From: Candidatus Nomurabacteria bacterium
GTDB lineage: Bacteria; Patescibacteriota; Minisyncoccia; Phycocordibacterales; JACOZG01
DNA length: 64,000 nt
Assembly: GCA_020847275.1 (NCBI GenBank)
Contig: JADLCI010000007.1
Location: 27,814 to 91,813 of the forward strand
Direction of reading: 5' to 3'
Shown piece by piece: positions 17,206-27,331 of this stretch. Position 1 is the first letter of the stretch, and each line of letters starts with the position of its first letter. Under the pieces are notes generated by a model that searched no databases, had not been told where the DNA came from, and worked only from the letters and a program-made list of their open reading frames with translations. The translations under genes and the position numbers were made by a program.

Positions 17206-19131
17206 ATGCAAAATCAGTTTAGGCAAGAGGAAAAAGATAACGCCTGCACACTGGCCCTACTCTCTGAGTTGGGACAGGTTGGGGAGTTGGAACGTTTCCT
17301 GTTGGAACAACCAGGGACGGTTACCGACTACTTGATTGTGGCGCTTTCTTTAGAAATTGAGACAAAGTTAGAAGAACGTGGGATTTCTTTTGTTTCGGTG
17401 GGTCGCTATAAAAAGATATTCCCAGATCAATTGATTGATGAAGACGTGATGATGGCGGAATTTTTCTCCGATCAACGGTGGAAAAAATTTAGTTATCGCG
17501 GGATCCCATTACTGATCACGTTCAGATTTATGTTTCGTGCCTATCTTCAGCGAGCGCGCTACTATAGTAATTTGCTTATTTCGATACTGGAAACTCATCA
17601 GGGGGTGAGTCGTCTGGTCCTGTTTTCTCCAAGCGAAAAAATATCTAATACATTTGGCAACCTCGCCAAACGTGAGATTAATGTCGTTGTAGATTGTGCA
17701 AAAACAATAGCGTCTATTCGCGGTATTTCTGTTACGGTTATACAACCCAAATCATTCGCCACACTTCGTGATTCCCTAAGGCCGGTACTTTTCTCGGCCC
17801 AACGGGCGATTTTTGGTTTTTTGTTGATTTTATGGAATGCGGTAGTTGTTACTTCACGACGGTCACGACACCCACGTTTGCTGATAAGTGATCATTGGGG
17901 AAACGTTGGTTCGTCTATAAGGTTGCTTAAATATGGCGAATGTATTTTTTTTGATCGTTCAGAGATCAAATGTATCAACTGGCGGCTACTTCTTCGTTAT
18001 CGGATGCGGTTTGTGCACTTTGAAAATTTTCTAACACATAAGATGTGTGTGCGTGCTAAGGAATGTGGACGAGAGTTTATTGATATATGGAATAAGATGC
18101 GAGGAGGTGTCCCTTCGGTTTTCTCGTTCCAGGGCCATTCCCTCGACCCTCTATTCCTTGGTGTGGTCGATGATGTGGTATATAACCTTGAAAAAACACT
18201 TTATCAGATCGAGGGCGCATATGCGATGTATGAAAAATTACAACCCGATCTGGTTATGTTACGTGCGAGTGTGAGCGGGCAGACACATTTTTCTGTTTTA
18301 CCACTGGTGGCGAAGATGTGTGGTATCCCGTCTCTTGAATTACAGCATGGACTAGAATATCTCGGACCTGGTTCTTGGTCGCGAGAGCATGTTGCTGAAT
18401 ATATTGCAGTTTATGGTTCTCTTGTGAAGAAGGAACTGGTCTCAATTGGTTGTGTGGCAGATAAAATCTGGGAAGTTGGTTCACCTCGTATGGATAATTA
18501 TCCGGTATTCAAAGAGAAAAAGATCAAGGATATTTCACGCGGAAAGTTAACATTACTTTGTATTGCGCCTGATATTCGCCCCTTTGAAATATATGATTCG
18601 TATAGTGCCGAAGAATATTTTAAGGTGATTGCGAGGGCGGTTGAGAAACTGAAGGAGAAACACATTATTGTCAAATTGCGTCCTGGTCCCGCTAATGACG
18701 GGTTGCTTCGTGCAATTATTGCTCGTGCATTTTCTCATATACCTTACACAATAGCGCAGAATGAATCTATCGCCGATTTATGTGTTCGAGCTGATGTTGT
18801 AATTTCATGTTACTCAACCACAATTCTAGAAGTGCTTAGAATTGGTTTGCCTACCATCATTCCAGTGTTGAATCGGGTTGACGCGATGGTGACAGAATTT
18901 CATTTTTCTCGGTACCATGACGCTGGTGCTTTACACATAGTGTCTAACCATCAGGGACTTACGGATATCCTCTTGAGGCTTGTTTCTCACCCGGAATTAC
19001 GTGATGAGTTACGAAAAAATGCTTATTCCTTTATTAGAAACAACTTTTGTTTTGATGGAGACTCTTCTCGTCGACTTACGACACTTGTCCTTGAATTGGC
19101 AGCCAAAAAAGCTTCTCGTAAATTAAGCTAA
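17206..19131 (+). CDS. TagB/TagF-like GT-B transferase (CDP-glycerol glycerophosphotransferase / capsule-synthesis fold)
   Basis: LLCIAPDIRP resembles the TagF AP-T-R motif. DVVISCYSTTILEVLRIGLPTI resembles the TagF ITDYSS...KP motif. The VELQH / GSPRMD motifs are shared with the downstream paralog. Confidence 0.5.
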   Translation: MQNQFRQEEKDNACTLALLSELGQVGELERFLLEQPGTVTDYLIVALSLEIETKLEERGISFVSVGRYKKIFPDQLIDEDVMMAEFFSDQRWKKFSYRGIPLLITFRFMFRAYLQRARYYSNLLISILETHQGVSRLVLFSPSEKISNTFGNLAKREINVVVDCAKTIASIRGISVTVIQPKSFATLRDSLRPVLFSAQRAIFGFLLILWNAVVVTSRRSRHPRLLISDHWGNVGSSIRLLKYGECIFFDRSEIKCINWRLLLRYRMRFVHFENFLTHKMCVRAKECGREFIDIWNKMRGGVPSVFSFQGHSLDPLFLGVVDDVVYNLEKTLYQIEGAYAMYEKLQPDLVMLRASVSGQTHFSVLPLVAKMCGIPSLELQHGLEYLGPGSWSREHVAEYIAVYGSLVKKELVSIGCVADKIWEVGSPRMDNYPVFKEKKIKDISRGKLTLLCIAPDIRPFEIYDSYSAEEYFKVIARAVEKLKEKHIIVKLRPGPANDGLLRAIIARAFSHIPYTIAQNESIADLCVRADVVISCYSTTILEVLRIGLPTIIPVLNRVDAMVTEFHFSRYHDAGALHIVSNHQGLTDILLRLVSHPELRDELRKNAYSFIRNNFCFDGDSSRRLTTLVLELAAKKASRKLS

Positions 19132-19140
19132 CATAGAATC

Positions 19141-20982
19141 ATGTCAATTTTTTCTAAAGAAATATTTGTTGTCTCGGAATTAAGACATATTGACGAAGCT
19201 TGTTTGCAATCTGGACGAGGAAAGACAATCCTCTGTTTTGACTATTTAGTTGAACAGGAACTGATAAAAAAGAATGTCCCACATCTTTCGGCGACAGATT
19301 TCGCAGACCGAGAAGGAGGCGAGGAAGAGTGGTGGAAACTTTCTCACCAGATTGCGGGTGACTGGTATCGTTTACCGACCATGAAGTTTTTCGAGTACCA
19401 GAGTATCCGAATTGCCGAAGCGCCAGAACCACTAATGCAGGCCTATCTGGCAAGGATATTTTATTATGTAAGATTATATTCTGTTCTTAAAAAAGATCGT
19501 CCAGATTCTCAATTGATTATTCCTGTCCCCACCGTCAGTGTATCATCATCACCAGACTGTTTGGCGGCGTTTCACCCGTGGGCAATTATAGACGCAGCAC
19601 GGATGGTGGGTTTGTCGGTTACAACAACAGATAATCGCACAAAAATTCGGTCATATGTATTTCCTAAAACCACGTGGAAGATTTTTATTCTGTGGCTATT
19701 CAATGTTTTTATTGGTTTCGCGCCCCCGCGACGTTTTAAGGTTTATTCCAGTGAATATTGGGCACACCTGTCCTCGGTTGTACCTTATTTAGACGACGCG
19801 GAACTTATACTTTTCGAGAGCAAGGAATTTTATAGGATACCATGGAAAAAAATTCTGAAACATCGTATTCGCGTTCGATATTCGGATGGGATAGTTAGTC
19901 GGTCGGACGAAAACAGAATTAGGAAAATCGCAGAGAAATTTGAAAGTGGTTGGAAGGATGCAAAAAAAGATATCGCACACTATCTTTCTGGTATATGTGA
20001 GAATTTAGAATGGGACCCAATACTCGAGGCCTGCGAACATATTATAACGTATGCGCCACGGGTTGTTGCCGATATAGACTCTCTGCGTAGCATTATGCTA
20101 GAAGAGAAACCAGACATCGTGCTTCAAATGGCATCGGTCGGTGGACCACAGCACTATTTCTTCCTCATGGCCTGTGTTGCGCGACAACTTGGAATAACCT
20201 CTGTTGAATTGCAACATGCGACGGCGACCATTGACCCCCGTTCCGTATTTAGCCGTCTTGAGACGGACTATTTGTTGACTTATGGCCCCGATATTAATTT
20301 GTGGCATGAACGCTTGGGACACGCCCATAATCGACTCGTTGCTGTTGGTTCACCGCGTTTTGATAAATATATTAATGAGCGTGCCCAAGGTCTTGAAAGG
20401 GGGAAAAAATTATTTAGGCAACTCGGTCTTGATGTTCGTAGGCCAGTTCTCTTCGTGGCTGTTCCTTTTTCTGACAACTTTGCGTCGGCGGTTGACTCCT
20501 ATCAGCTTGCCAGCTTTTTTAAGTCGGTCCGTGAAATACAGGACAGAATAAGCGGTCTGCAGATAATTTTTAAATGTCGTGCTCGTAGAGATGTTGCTGT
20601 TACCCAGAAATATCTATACGAATTGTTTCGAGGCGATTGGGTCGTATCTGCTAGCGAAGATATCTTTGCGCTTCTATCTGCGAGCGACGCGGTTGTTTGT
20701 AATAACTCAACGGTGATCTATCAGGCCGTCTTAACGAGAAGGCCGCTCGTTCTCTATCCTTGGAAATTTTTTGATTCATATCATGCACATGTCTACGCAC
20801 CGTTAATCCCTATTTTTTATAACCCAGAAGAGGCTGTCCTTGCGGTCTCGCGTATTTTCACAGACAAGGCATATCGTGACGATCTTCTGTTGCGTCAGGA
20901 ACAGTTTCTCGGGGGGTATTCTTTTGACGGAAAGTCTTCTCAGCGAGTAGCGAAAACTGTTAAGTTGCTTGCGAAAAGATAG
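19141..20982 (+). CDS. TagB/TagF-like GT-B transferase, paralog of the upstream gene
   Basis: VELQHATATIDP, VGSPRFDKY, VLFVAVPFSDN and DAVVCNNSTVIYQAVLTRRPLV share motifs with 17206..19131. Confidence 0.5.
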   Translation: MSIFSKEIFVVSELRHIDEACLQSGRGKTILCFDYLVEQELIKKNVPHLSATDFADREGGEEEWWKLSHQIAGDWYRLPTMKFFEYQSIRIAEAPEPLMQAYLARIFYYVRLYSVLKKDRPDSQLIIPVPTVSVSSSPDCLAAFHPWAIIDAARMVGLSVTTTDNRTKIRSYVFPKTTWKIFILWLFNVFIGFAPPRRFKVYSSEYWAHLSSVVPYLDDAELILFESKEFYRIPWKKILKHRIRVRYSDGIVSRSDENRIRKIAEKFESGWKDAKKDIAHYLSGICENLEWDPILEACEHIITYAPRVVADIDSLRSIMLEEKPDIVLQMASVGGPQHYFFLMACVARQLGITSVELQHATATIDPRSVFSRLETDYLLTYGPDINLWHERLGHAHNRLVAVGSPRFDKYINERAQGLERGKKLFRQLGLDVRRPVLFVAVPFSDNFASAVDSYQLASFFKSVREIQDRISGLQIIFKCRARRDVAVTQKYLYELFRGDWVVSASEDIFALLSASDAVVCNNSTVIYQAVLTRRPLVLYPWKFFDSYHAHVYAPLIPIFYNPEEAVLAVSRIFTDKAYRDDLLLRQEQFLGGYSFDGKSSQRVAKTVKLLAKR

Positions 20983-21034
20983 GGGCTCTCGTTCCCTTGT
21001 TGAGGTGGTATTTTTGTGTATACTTAATTCTGTG

Positions 21035-22054
21035 ATGAGTACCCAACAACTTAACGGTAAAACCGTCCTCATTACCGGAGGGACTGGTTCTTTTGGCAGG
21101 AATTTTTCTGAATATATTCTTGCGAATTCGAAGCTAAAGAAGCTTATTATTTTCTCTCGTGATGAGTTGAAACAATCAGAAATGGCCGCAGAAATGAAGG
21201 ATGAACGTTTGCGGTTTTTTATTGGTTGTGTCCGTGATCTATCTAGGCTTAGACGTGCTTTCACGGGGGTTGATATTGTTGTGCATGCGGCTGCCTTGAA
21301 ACAGGTGCCAGCACTTGAGTACAACCCCTTTGAGGCGGTGAAGACCAATATTCTCGGCAGTCAAAATGTAATTGAGGCGGCGATTGATCAGGGTGTAAAG
21401 AAAGTTCTTTTGGTTTCGACCGACAAAGCAGCAATGCCAGTTAATCTCTATGGTTCCACGAAGTTGTGCGCGGAGAAGCTTTTTATTGCTGGTAACTCCT
21501 ACAGTGCTAATGGAGATACACGTTTCAGTGCTGTTCGTTACGGAAATATTGTTGGTAGCCGGGGAAGTATCGTTGAAAAATTAGTTCTAGAGAAGGGGGC
21601 TCATACCGTTCATATTACTCACGAGAACATGACTCGTTTCTGGATGGATTTAGAACAGGCATTCCAGATTGTCCTAGCTGCGATTGATGCGATGGAAGGA
21701 GGAGAGATTTTTATACCTAAGGCTCCAGCAATGAAGTTAACTGATGTTTTTAATCTCCTGGCGCCTGGTGCTAAGCGTAACATTGTTGGCGTTCGGCCGG
21801 GAGAGAAAATGCACGAAGTTTTATTGACGAAGGAGGAAGCGCGTCACGCGGTTGAACTCAAAGAACATTTTGTTGTCTTGCCCGAAAATGTCAGTTCGTT
21901 GAGACAGAAGAAAGGACTTCAGAAATTTTTGAAACAAGGTAAGCCGCTAGCGACAGACTTTCACTTTTCAAGCAATGAGGGTGCTAGGCAGATGTCTTCA
22001 AAAGCGCTTCTCCAAATGGTGTCTCGTCTAGAAAAAACGATAAGAGACAAATGA
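21035..22054 (+). CDS. pseB: UDP-N-acetylglucosamine 4,6-dehydratase (inverting), PseB/FlaA1 family
   Basis: KTVLITGGTGSFGRNF, IIFSRDELKQSEMAAEM, DIVVHAAALKQVP...YNP, NLYGSTKLCAEKLF and RPGEKMHEVL are collinear with H. pylori FlaA1/PseB as I remember it. Confidence 0.88.
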   Translation: MSTQQLNGKTVLITGGTGSFGRNFSEYILANSKLKKLIIFSRDELKQSEMAAEMKDERLRFFIGCVRDLSRLRRAFTGVDIVVHAAALKQVPALEYNPFEAVKTNILGSQNVIEAAIDQGVKKVLLVSTDKAAMPVNLYGSTKLCAEKLFIAGNSYSANGDTRFSAVRYGNIVGSRGSIVEKLVLEKGAHTVHITHENMTRFWMDLEQAFQIVLAAIDAMEGGEIFIPKAPAMKLTDVFNLLAPGAKRNIVGVRPGEKMHEVLLTKEEARHAVELKEHFVVLPENVSSLRQKKGLQKFLKQGKPLATDFHFSSNEGARQMSSKALLQMVSRLEKTIRDK

Positions 22055-23193
22055 TCCCCTATTCCACCCAAGATATTAATGGGTCTGATATTCGGGCGGT
22101 TGTGAGGGTGTTACGCTCGGGATGGTTGACCCAGGGTCCAGCGGTGGTTAAATTTGAGAAAGCTATTGCAGAGAAGGTTGGTGTGCGCTTTGCTGTAGCG
22201 TTCAATTCTGGTACTGCCGCACTTCACGCAGCATATTTTGCTGCTGGTGTAGGTGGTGGTGATGAGGTTATTGTGTCCGCTCTTTCGTTTGCTGCCACGG
22301 CCAACGCGGCCCTGTATCTTAATGCGAAGCCAATTTTTGTTGATTCTGATATCGTGACTGGCAATATGAGTGTCGCTGATGCTATCAAAAAAATAACAAA
22401 TAAAACTAAGGCAATTGTCCCCGTTGACTATGCTGGTCGACCGGTTGATTTACGGGCATTTCGATTATTGGCAAGGAAACATGGGATAACTTTGATAGAA
22501 GATGCCGCGCAGGCGCTTGGATCAAAGTACGGTGGAAAATTGGTGGGGGTTCAAGCCGACATGACCATGTTCAGTTTCCATCCAGTGAAGTCAATTACCA
22601 CGGGCGAAGGGGGAGTAATTGTCACCGATAATCAGAAATTTGACAAGGCAATGCGCCTGTTCCGTAGTCACGGTATTAGCAGAGATGTAAAAACATTTTC
22701 ACGAAAAAACAACGGGGAATGGTACCAGGAGATGAAAGAACTTGGGTTTAATTATCGCATGCCAGAGATGTCGGCGGCGCTTGGTTGGAGTCAGTTGAAA
22801 CGTCTAGATTCTTTTATTTTAAAACGCCAGCTTGCGGCGGATCGATATCGTAAGTTGTTTGCCGGAGTAAGTAACATCATCATTCCACCAGTTGAGGGTA
22901 TTTATGAAAAGTCGGCATGGCATCTGTATCCTGTTAGACTGTCTCCATCTATTGCAAATAGGCGCGATGAAGTTTTTGCTAAGATGCGCAAGGCCGGAAT
23001 TGGTGTGCAGGTTCATCACCTTCCGATTTATCGCCACCTCTATTACGAGAGATTGGGTTATAAAAAAGGGTCTTGCCCAAATGCGGAAGAGTTTGTTGCT
23101 TCAGAAATATCCATCCCGCTATTTCCAAAGATAACTTTTCAACAGCAGAAATTCATTTCAGTTACACTAAAGAACATAATTGCTTCATTATGA
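22051..23193 (+). CDS. pseC: DegT/DnrJ/EryC1 family PLP-dependent sugar aminotransferase (PseC-like)
   Basis: LTQGPAVVKFEKAIAE...FNSGTAALH. A PLP lysine lies in the SFHPVKSITTGEGG context. The gene follows pseB with an ATGA overlap. Confidence 0.82.
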   Translation: MIPYSTQDINGSDIRAVVRVLRSGWLTQGPAVVKFEKAIAEKVGVRFAVAFNSGTAALHAAYFAAGVGGGDEVIVSALSFAATANAALYLNAKPIFVDSDIVTGNMSVADAIKKITNKTKAIVPVDYAGRPVDLRAFRLLARKHGITLIEDAAQALGSKYGGKLVGVQADMTMFSFHPVKSITTGEGGVIVTDNQKFDKAMRLFRSHGISRDVKTFSRKNNGEWYQEMKELGFNYRMPEMSAALGWSQLKRLDSFILKRQLAADRYRKLFAGVSNIIIPPVEGIYEKSAWHLYPVRLSPSIANRRDEVFAKMRKAGIGVQVHHLPIYRHLYYERLGYKKGSCPNAEEFVASEISIPLFPKITFQQQKFISVTLKNIIASL

Positions 23194-24521
23194 AGAGAGA
23201 TTTCAGAAAAGGCGGGGGACAAAAGCTTTGGCGGAAAGCGAAAGGTCTTATACCTGGTGGAAATCAACTTTTATCAAAAAGAAGTGAAATGTTTTTACCT
23301 GAACAATGGCCTTCCTATTACTCAAAAGCAAAAGGCATTGAGGTCTGGGATTTAGATGGTAACCGCTTTGTTGACATGTCTATTATGGGTGTTGGGGCGT
23401 GTCTTCTTGGCTACGGTGATCCTGATGTTGATCGCGCCGTAAAGAGGGCCGTAGAAACTGGTGTCGCGTCTACTCTCAATGCGCCAGAAGAAGTTGAACT
23501 TGCCGAACTGTTGTGTAAAATCCATCCTTGGGCTGATATGGTTCGTTATGCACGTTCTGGAGGAGAGGCGATGGCAATTGCCATCCGAATTGCGAGGGCG
23601 TCAACGGGCAGGGATGTGATTGCTTTTTGTGGTTATCATGGTTGGTCGGACTGGTATTTATCAGCAAATTTATCTGATGATGACAAGCTCGACGGCCACC
23701 TGCTTCCCGGTCTTGAGCCGAAGGGTGTGCCGCGTGGTCTTAAGGGAACACTCTTTCCATTTCACTATAATTCGATTGAGGAATTGGAAAAAATCGTAGC
23801 AGAACAGGGGCGTAGACTTGCGGCAATTGTGATGGAGCCAATGAAGGGAGAGGAGCCCAAGAATCATTTTTTGCATCAAGTGCGAGATTTGGCAGACAAG
23901 GTGGGCGCTGTCCTTATTTTCGATGAGATTACAATTGGCTTTAAAATGACATATGGTGGCGCTCACTTGCTCTGTGGTGTGAATCCAGATATTGCCGTGT
24001 TTGCTAAGGCGATTAGTAATGGTTATGCCATGGCGGCAATTATCGGGAATAAGAAAGTTATGCAGGCAACACAGACCACCTTTATTTCAAGTACTAATTG
24101 GACGGAACGTATTGGGCCTGTCGCGGCTCTGGCGACTCTTAAAAAAATGAAAAAATTAAATGTTTCTCGACGACTTAAGGAGGTGGGGGAACGTGTTCTG
24201 GAGATTTGGATTAATGCGGCAACACGACACAACCTTGCCATCGCAACCGGTGGCCTCCCGCCCCTGAGAAGTTTTTCTTTTAAATACGGTGAGGATAGTC
24301 AGGCACTGAAGACACTTTTTGTGCAGGAAATGTTACAGAGGGGATTTTTAGCAACCAACATGCTCTTTGCTTCGTATGCCCACACCGACATTTTTTTGGA
24401 TAAGTATGAAAAAGCGATAGACAGAGTTTTTGCTTACATTAAGGATACCCTTGATACTGGAACATTGAAAAAGAGACTCAGGAGCCCTGTAGCCCATACC
24501 GGGTTTTCTCGGCTCAATTAA
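23190..24521 (+). CDS. Class III aminotransferase (glutamate-1-semialdehyde 2,1-aminomutase-like)
   Basis: GSRLWDLDGNRFVDMS-type N-terminus, ARSGGEAMAIAIRIARASTGRD and IFDEITIGFKMTYGGA. The ATGA overlaps the pseC stop. The track start is at 23073. Confidence 0.75.
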   Translation: MKRDFRKGGGQKLWRKAKGLIPGGNQLLSKRSEMFLPEQWPSYYSKAKGIEVWDLDGNRFVDMSIMGVGACLLGYGDPDVDRAVKRAVETGVASTLNAPEEVELAELLCKIHPWADMVRYARSGGEAMAIAIRIARASTGRDVIAFCGYHGWSDWYLSANLSDDDKLDGHLLPGLEPKGVPRGLKGTLFPFHYNSIEELEKIVAEQGRRLAAIVMEPMKGEEPKNHFLHQVRDLADKVGAVLIFDEITIGFKMTYGGAHLLCGVNPDIAVFAKAISNGYAMAAIIGNKKVMQATQTTFISSTNWTERIGPVAALATLKKMKKLNVSRRLKEVGERVLEIWINAATRHNLAIATGGLPPLRSFSFKYGEDSQALKTLFVQEMLQRGFLATNMLFASYAHTDIFLDKYEKAIDRVFAYIKDTLDTGTLKKRLRSPVAHTGFSRLN

Positions 24522-24525
24522 CATC

Positions 24526-25302
24526 ATGATCGCTTCAATCATCCAAGCACGAGTGGGTTCAACAAGATTGCCTGGCAAGATATTAAAGCCAATCTTGGGT
24601 GTGTCGATGCTTGGGCGAATGATTGAGCGAGTAAAGCGTGCGAAAAGGCCTGATGTGATAATCGTTGCGACAACCGAAAAACCAGAGGATGATGTAACGG
24701 TCCGATTGGCGAAGAAATGTGGCGTCATGGTTTTTCGTGGTAGCGAACGGGACGTATTAGATAGGTTTTATGGGGCGGCCAAGGAAGTGGGTGCGGACAT
24801 GGTAGTGCGCCTTACGGGGGATTGCCCCCTTATGGATCCAGCGGTGATTGATTTGGTCATTGATAGTTTTCAAGAATCGAGAAAAATATTCGACTATTGC
24901 AGTACACCAAGCAATTATCCCGAAGGTCTTGATGTGGAGATCTTTACTTTTTCCACGCTTGAAGAAATGGCTCACGAAGCTAGACTACCTTCGGAGCGTG
25001 AACACGTTTCCCTTTTTATTAAGAATCATTCGGACCGCTTCACGAGTAAATCATTGCGCGATGGTGATTCTGATAATTCTTCTATGCACTGGTCGGTTGA
25101 CACTCAAGCGGACTTTGACTTTGTAACGAAAATTTTTGAACGACTTTACCCAACCAATCCTTTTTTCGACAGAGAGGATATTCTTGCATTACTTACAAAA
25201 CATCAGGAAATTTTGGAGATAAATAAAGGCGGGACTGGTTATGAGGGTTTAGCAAAGTCTTTAAGGGAGGATGAAGAAGCCGAGAATAAATTGAAAGTAT
25301 GA
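24526..25302 (+). CDS. Acylneuraminate-type cytidylyltransferase (CMP-nonulosonate synthetase, PseF/SpsF-like)
   Basis: IIQARVGSTRLPGKILKPI is the CTP_transf_3 signature. LTGDCPLMDP is the second family motif. Confidence 0.75.
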   Translation: MIASIIQARVGSTRLPGKILKPILGVSMLGRMIERVKRAKRPDVIIVATTEKPEDDVTVRLAKKCGVMVFRGSERDVLDRFYGAAKEVGADMVVRLTGDCPLMDPAVIDLVIDSFQESRKIFDYCSTPSNYPEGLDVEIFTFSTLEEMAHEARLPSEREHVSLFIKNHSDRFTSKSLRDGDSDNSSMHWSVDTQADFDFVTKIFERLYPTNPFFDREDILALLTKHQEILEINKGGTGYEGLAKSLREDEEAENKLKV

Positions 25303-26225
25303 CCTTGGGGAAAAATAAATTGGTACTTGGTACAGCACAGCTTGGCATGAATTATGGACTTCATAATTCTCATGGGCAACCCTCAAAGGAAGAGTCTTTT
25401 TCTATTTTGGATAGAGCTTTTTCTGTCCATATAAACACTTTTGATACTGCGCATTCTTATGGCGCATCCGAAGATGTAATCGGTGCTTGGGTGCAGGACC
25501 GATCTATGGCTAACAGGGTTAAGTTAATTTCTAAGATGAAACCAGACGCTATAAATGATTACCCTGATGGAATAAAATTCGTAGACGTTGTGCGACGGGA
25601 ATTGGATAAATCTCTCGCACGACTTCAGGTGGAAACTCTCGATGGTTATTTGTTCCATTCGCCACACTATATATATTTTGATCACATGATGGATGGACTA
25701 CAAAAGGTTCAAGATGCTGGGCTAGTGAAAAATATCGGGGTTTCTGTCTATAACGAATTAGACGCATTGCGGGCTGTTGAGCTGGGTGTAAATTATGTGC
25801 AGGTTCCCTACAATGTATTTGATCAACGGCTCCACCGTACCGATTTTTTTGATATTGCAAAAAATAATAAGATCACCATCTTCGCTCGCAGCCCGTTCCT
25901 ACAGGGTCTTTTGCTAATGCAACCCAGTGAATTACCAGGCCATCTTTCTTATTTCTCTTCCCACCTCGAACAGTTCATTGCTCTCACTAAACGCTATAAT
26001 TTGACACAGGTTGAGTGTGCGCTCCGATTCGTCGATGTTATGTGTCCCGCTGAGCACATTGTATTTGGTGTTGATACATTAACACAACTTGACGAGGGTG
26101 TTCGCGTTATGGGGGCGACTACTTCAGGTGCGGACGATGAATGGGTGATTGAAGCGCGGGATATTTTTAAAGACCTTAATTCCGGAATGATTAACCCAAG
26201 TTTGTGGGGTAAAATAAAGCGATAA
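25299..26225 (+). CDS. Aldo/keto reductase
   Basis: LVLGTAQLGMNYG...FDTAHSYGASE is the AKR N-terminal consensus. Confidence 0.8.
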   Translation: MTLGKNKLVLGTAQLGMNYGLHNSHGQPSKEESFSILDRAFSVHINTFDTAHSYGASEDVIGAWVQDRSMANRVKLISKMKPDAINDYPDGIKFVDVVRRELDKSLARLQVETLDGYLFHSPHYIYFDHMMDGLQKVQDAGLVKNIGVSVYNELDALRAVELGVNYVQVPYNVFDQRLHRTDFFDIAKNNKITIFARSPFLQGLLLMQPSELPGHLSYFSSHLEQFIALTKRYNLTQVECALRFVDVMCPAEHIVFGVDTLTQLDEGVRVMGATTSGADDEWVIEARDIFKDLNSGMINPSLWGKIKR

Positions 26226-26296
26226 TTAATTGAAATAGGATGAGACGGTGTAGCCGAAGACAAAAGACGGCTATCGGTGTAAAATGAAACAACGTT

Positions 26297-27331
26297 ATGA
26301 ACAACAAGACTGTCAACATTGGAGGTCGCTGTGTAGGAGAAGGTCAACCTGTTTTTATTATCGCAGAGGTTAGCGCAAACCATCGCGGGAAGATTGAAAC
26401 CGCACTATCTGCTATTGACATAGCGGCAGATGCTGGTGCGGATGCAGTGAAGTTTCAACACCTAACCCATAATAAAATTGCCGCTGAACCGCTTTCTGAT
26501 TTTTATAAGTCTGCAGAATTGCCAGACGGTTGGACAGAAAAACTTGTTGAACGGTCAAAGAAAAAAAATATTTTTTTTCTATCAACGCCATTTGACCTAG
26601 AAGCCGTGGATCTTCTCGATGAAATTGGGGTCCCAGCTTTTAAGGTCGCGTCTTATGAGATGACCGACGATGTTTTGTTGCGACATATTTCTAGAAAGGG
26701 GAAACCGATTATACTTTCTACTGGTATGGCTTATCTTGAAGAAGTTAAACACGCGATTAACGTTATTAAGCAAGAAGATAATGAACAGGTAATTGCGCTC
26801 CATTGCGTTTCTCTCTACCCCCCTGAGTTTAGAGACCTGAATCTCCGAGTAATAGAAACAATGCGTCGAGAATTGGGCTGTCCAATCGGGTATTCTGATC
26901 ATGCGAATCCGTCATCGAATGTGGCAACTCTTGGCGCAATTGCTCTTGGTGCTTGCGTGATTGAACGTCACATAACCGACTCACAAGAAGGTGGCAGTAA
27001 TGATGATAAAAATTCAATGACGCCAGAGCAACTGAAACAAATGGTCATAGAGATTCGTGATCTTTCGGCGGCTCTCTCTGGTGCGGGAGTTAAGGCACCA
27101 GTGTCTGATCCTGGTCGTGGCGTGGACGAGATAAGAGAGCGTAGTACACGTCGTTCACTCTATGCTGTACGCGATATTGTTGAAGGGGAAGCTATGTCTG
27201 CAGACATGATTGTCACATTGAGGCCCATGAAAGGCATTGAACCAAAGGATTTTCAGCAAGTCATGGGTCGAAAGACGCTTCGTGCTATTTCAGCACGTTC
27301 GCCGATTACCTGGCAAGATATAGAGAGATGA
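26297..27331 (+). CDS. Nonulosonic acid synthase (NeuB/PseI/LegI family) with C-terminal SAF domain
   Basis: PVFIIAEVSANHRGKIETAL, AGADAVKFQ, GYSDH and a C-terminal SAF-like domain. Confidence 0.9.
   Translation: MNNKTVNIGGRCVGEGQPVFIIAEVSANHRGKIETALSAIDIAADAGADAVKFQHLTHNKIAAEPLSDFYKSAELPDGWTEKLVERSKKKNIFFLSTPFDLEAVDLLDEIGVPAFKVASYEMTDDVLLRHISRKGKPIILSTGMAYLEEVKHAINVIKQEDNEQVIALHCVSLYPPEFRDLNLRVIETMRRELGCPIGYSDHANPSSNVATLGAIALGACVIERHITDSQEGGSNDDKNSMTPEQLKQMVIEIRDLSAALSGAGVKAPVSDPGRGVDEIRERSTRRSLYAVRDIVEGEAMSADMIVTLRPMKGIEPKDFQQVMGRKTLRAISARSPITWQDIER

Noticed and set aside
23073-23189. Upstream 39-aa extension of the class-III aminotransferase (track start 23073), overlapping pseC by 120 nt
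   Set aside because: The internal ATG at 23190 gives the ATGA stop/start overlap typical of this operon, and the extension sequence (MPKCGRVCCFRNIH...) is not aminotransferase-like.
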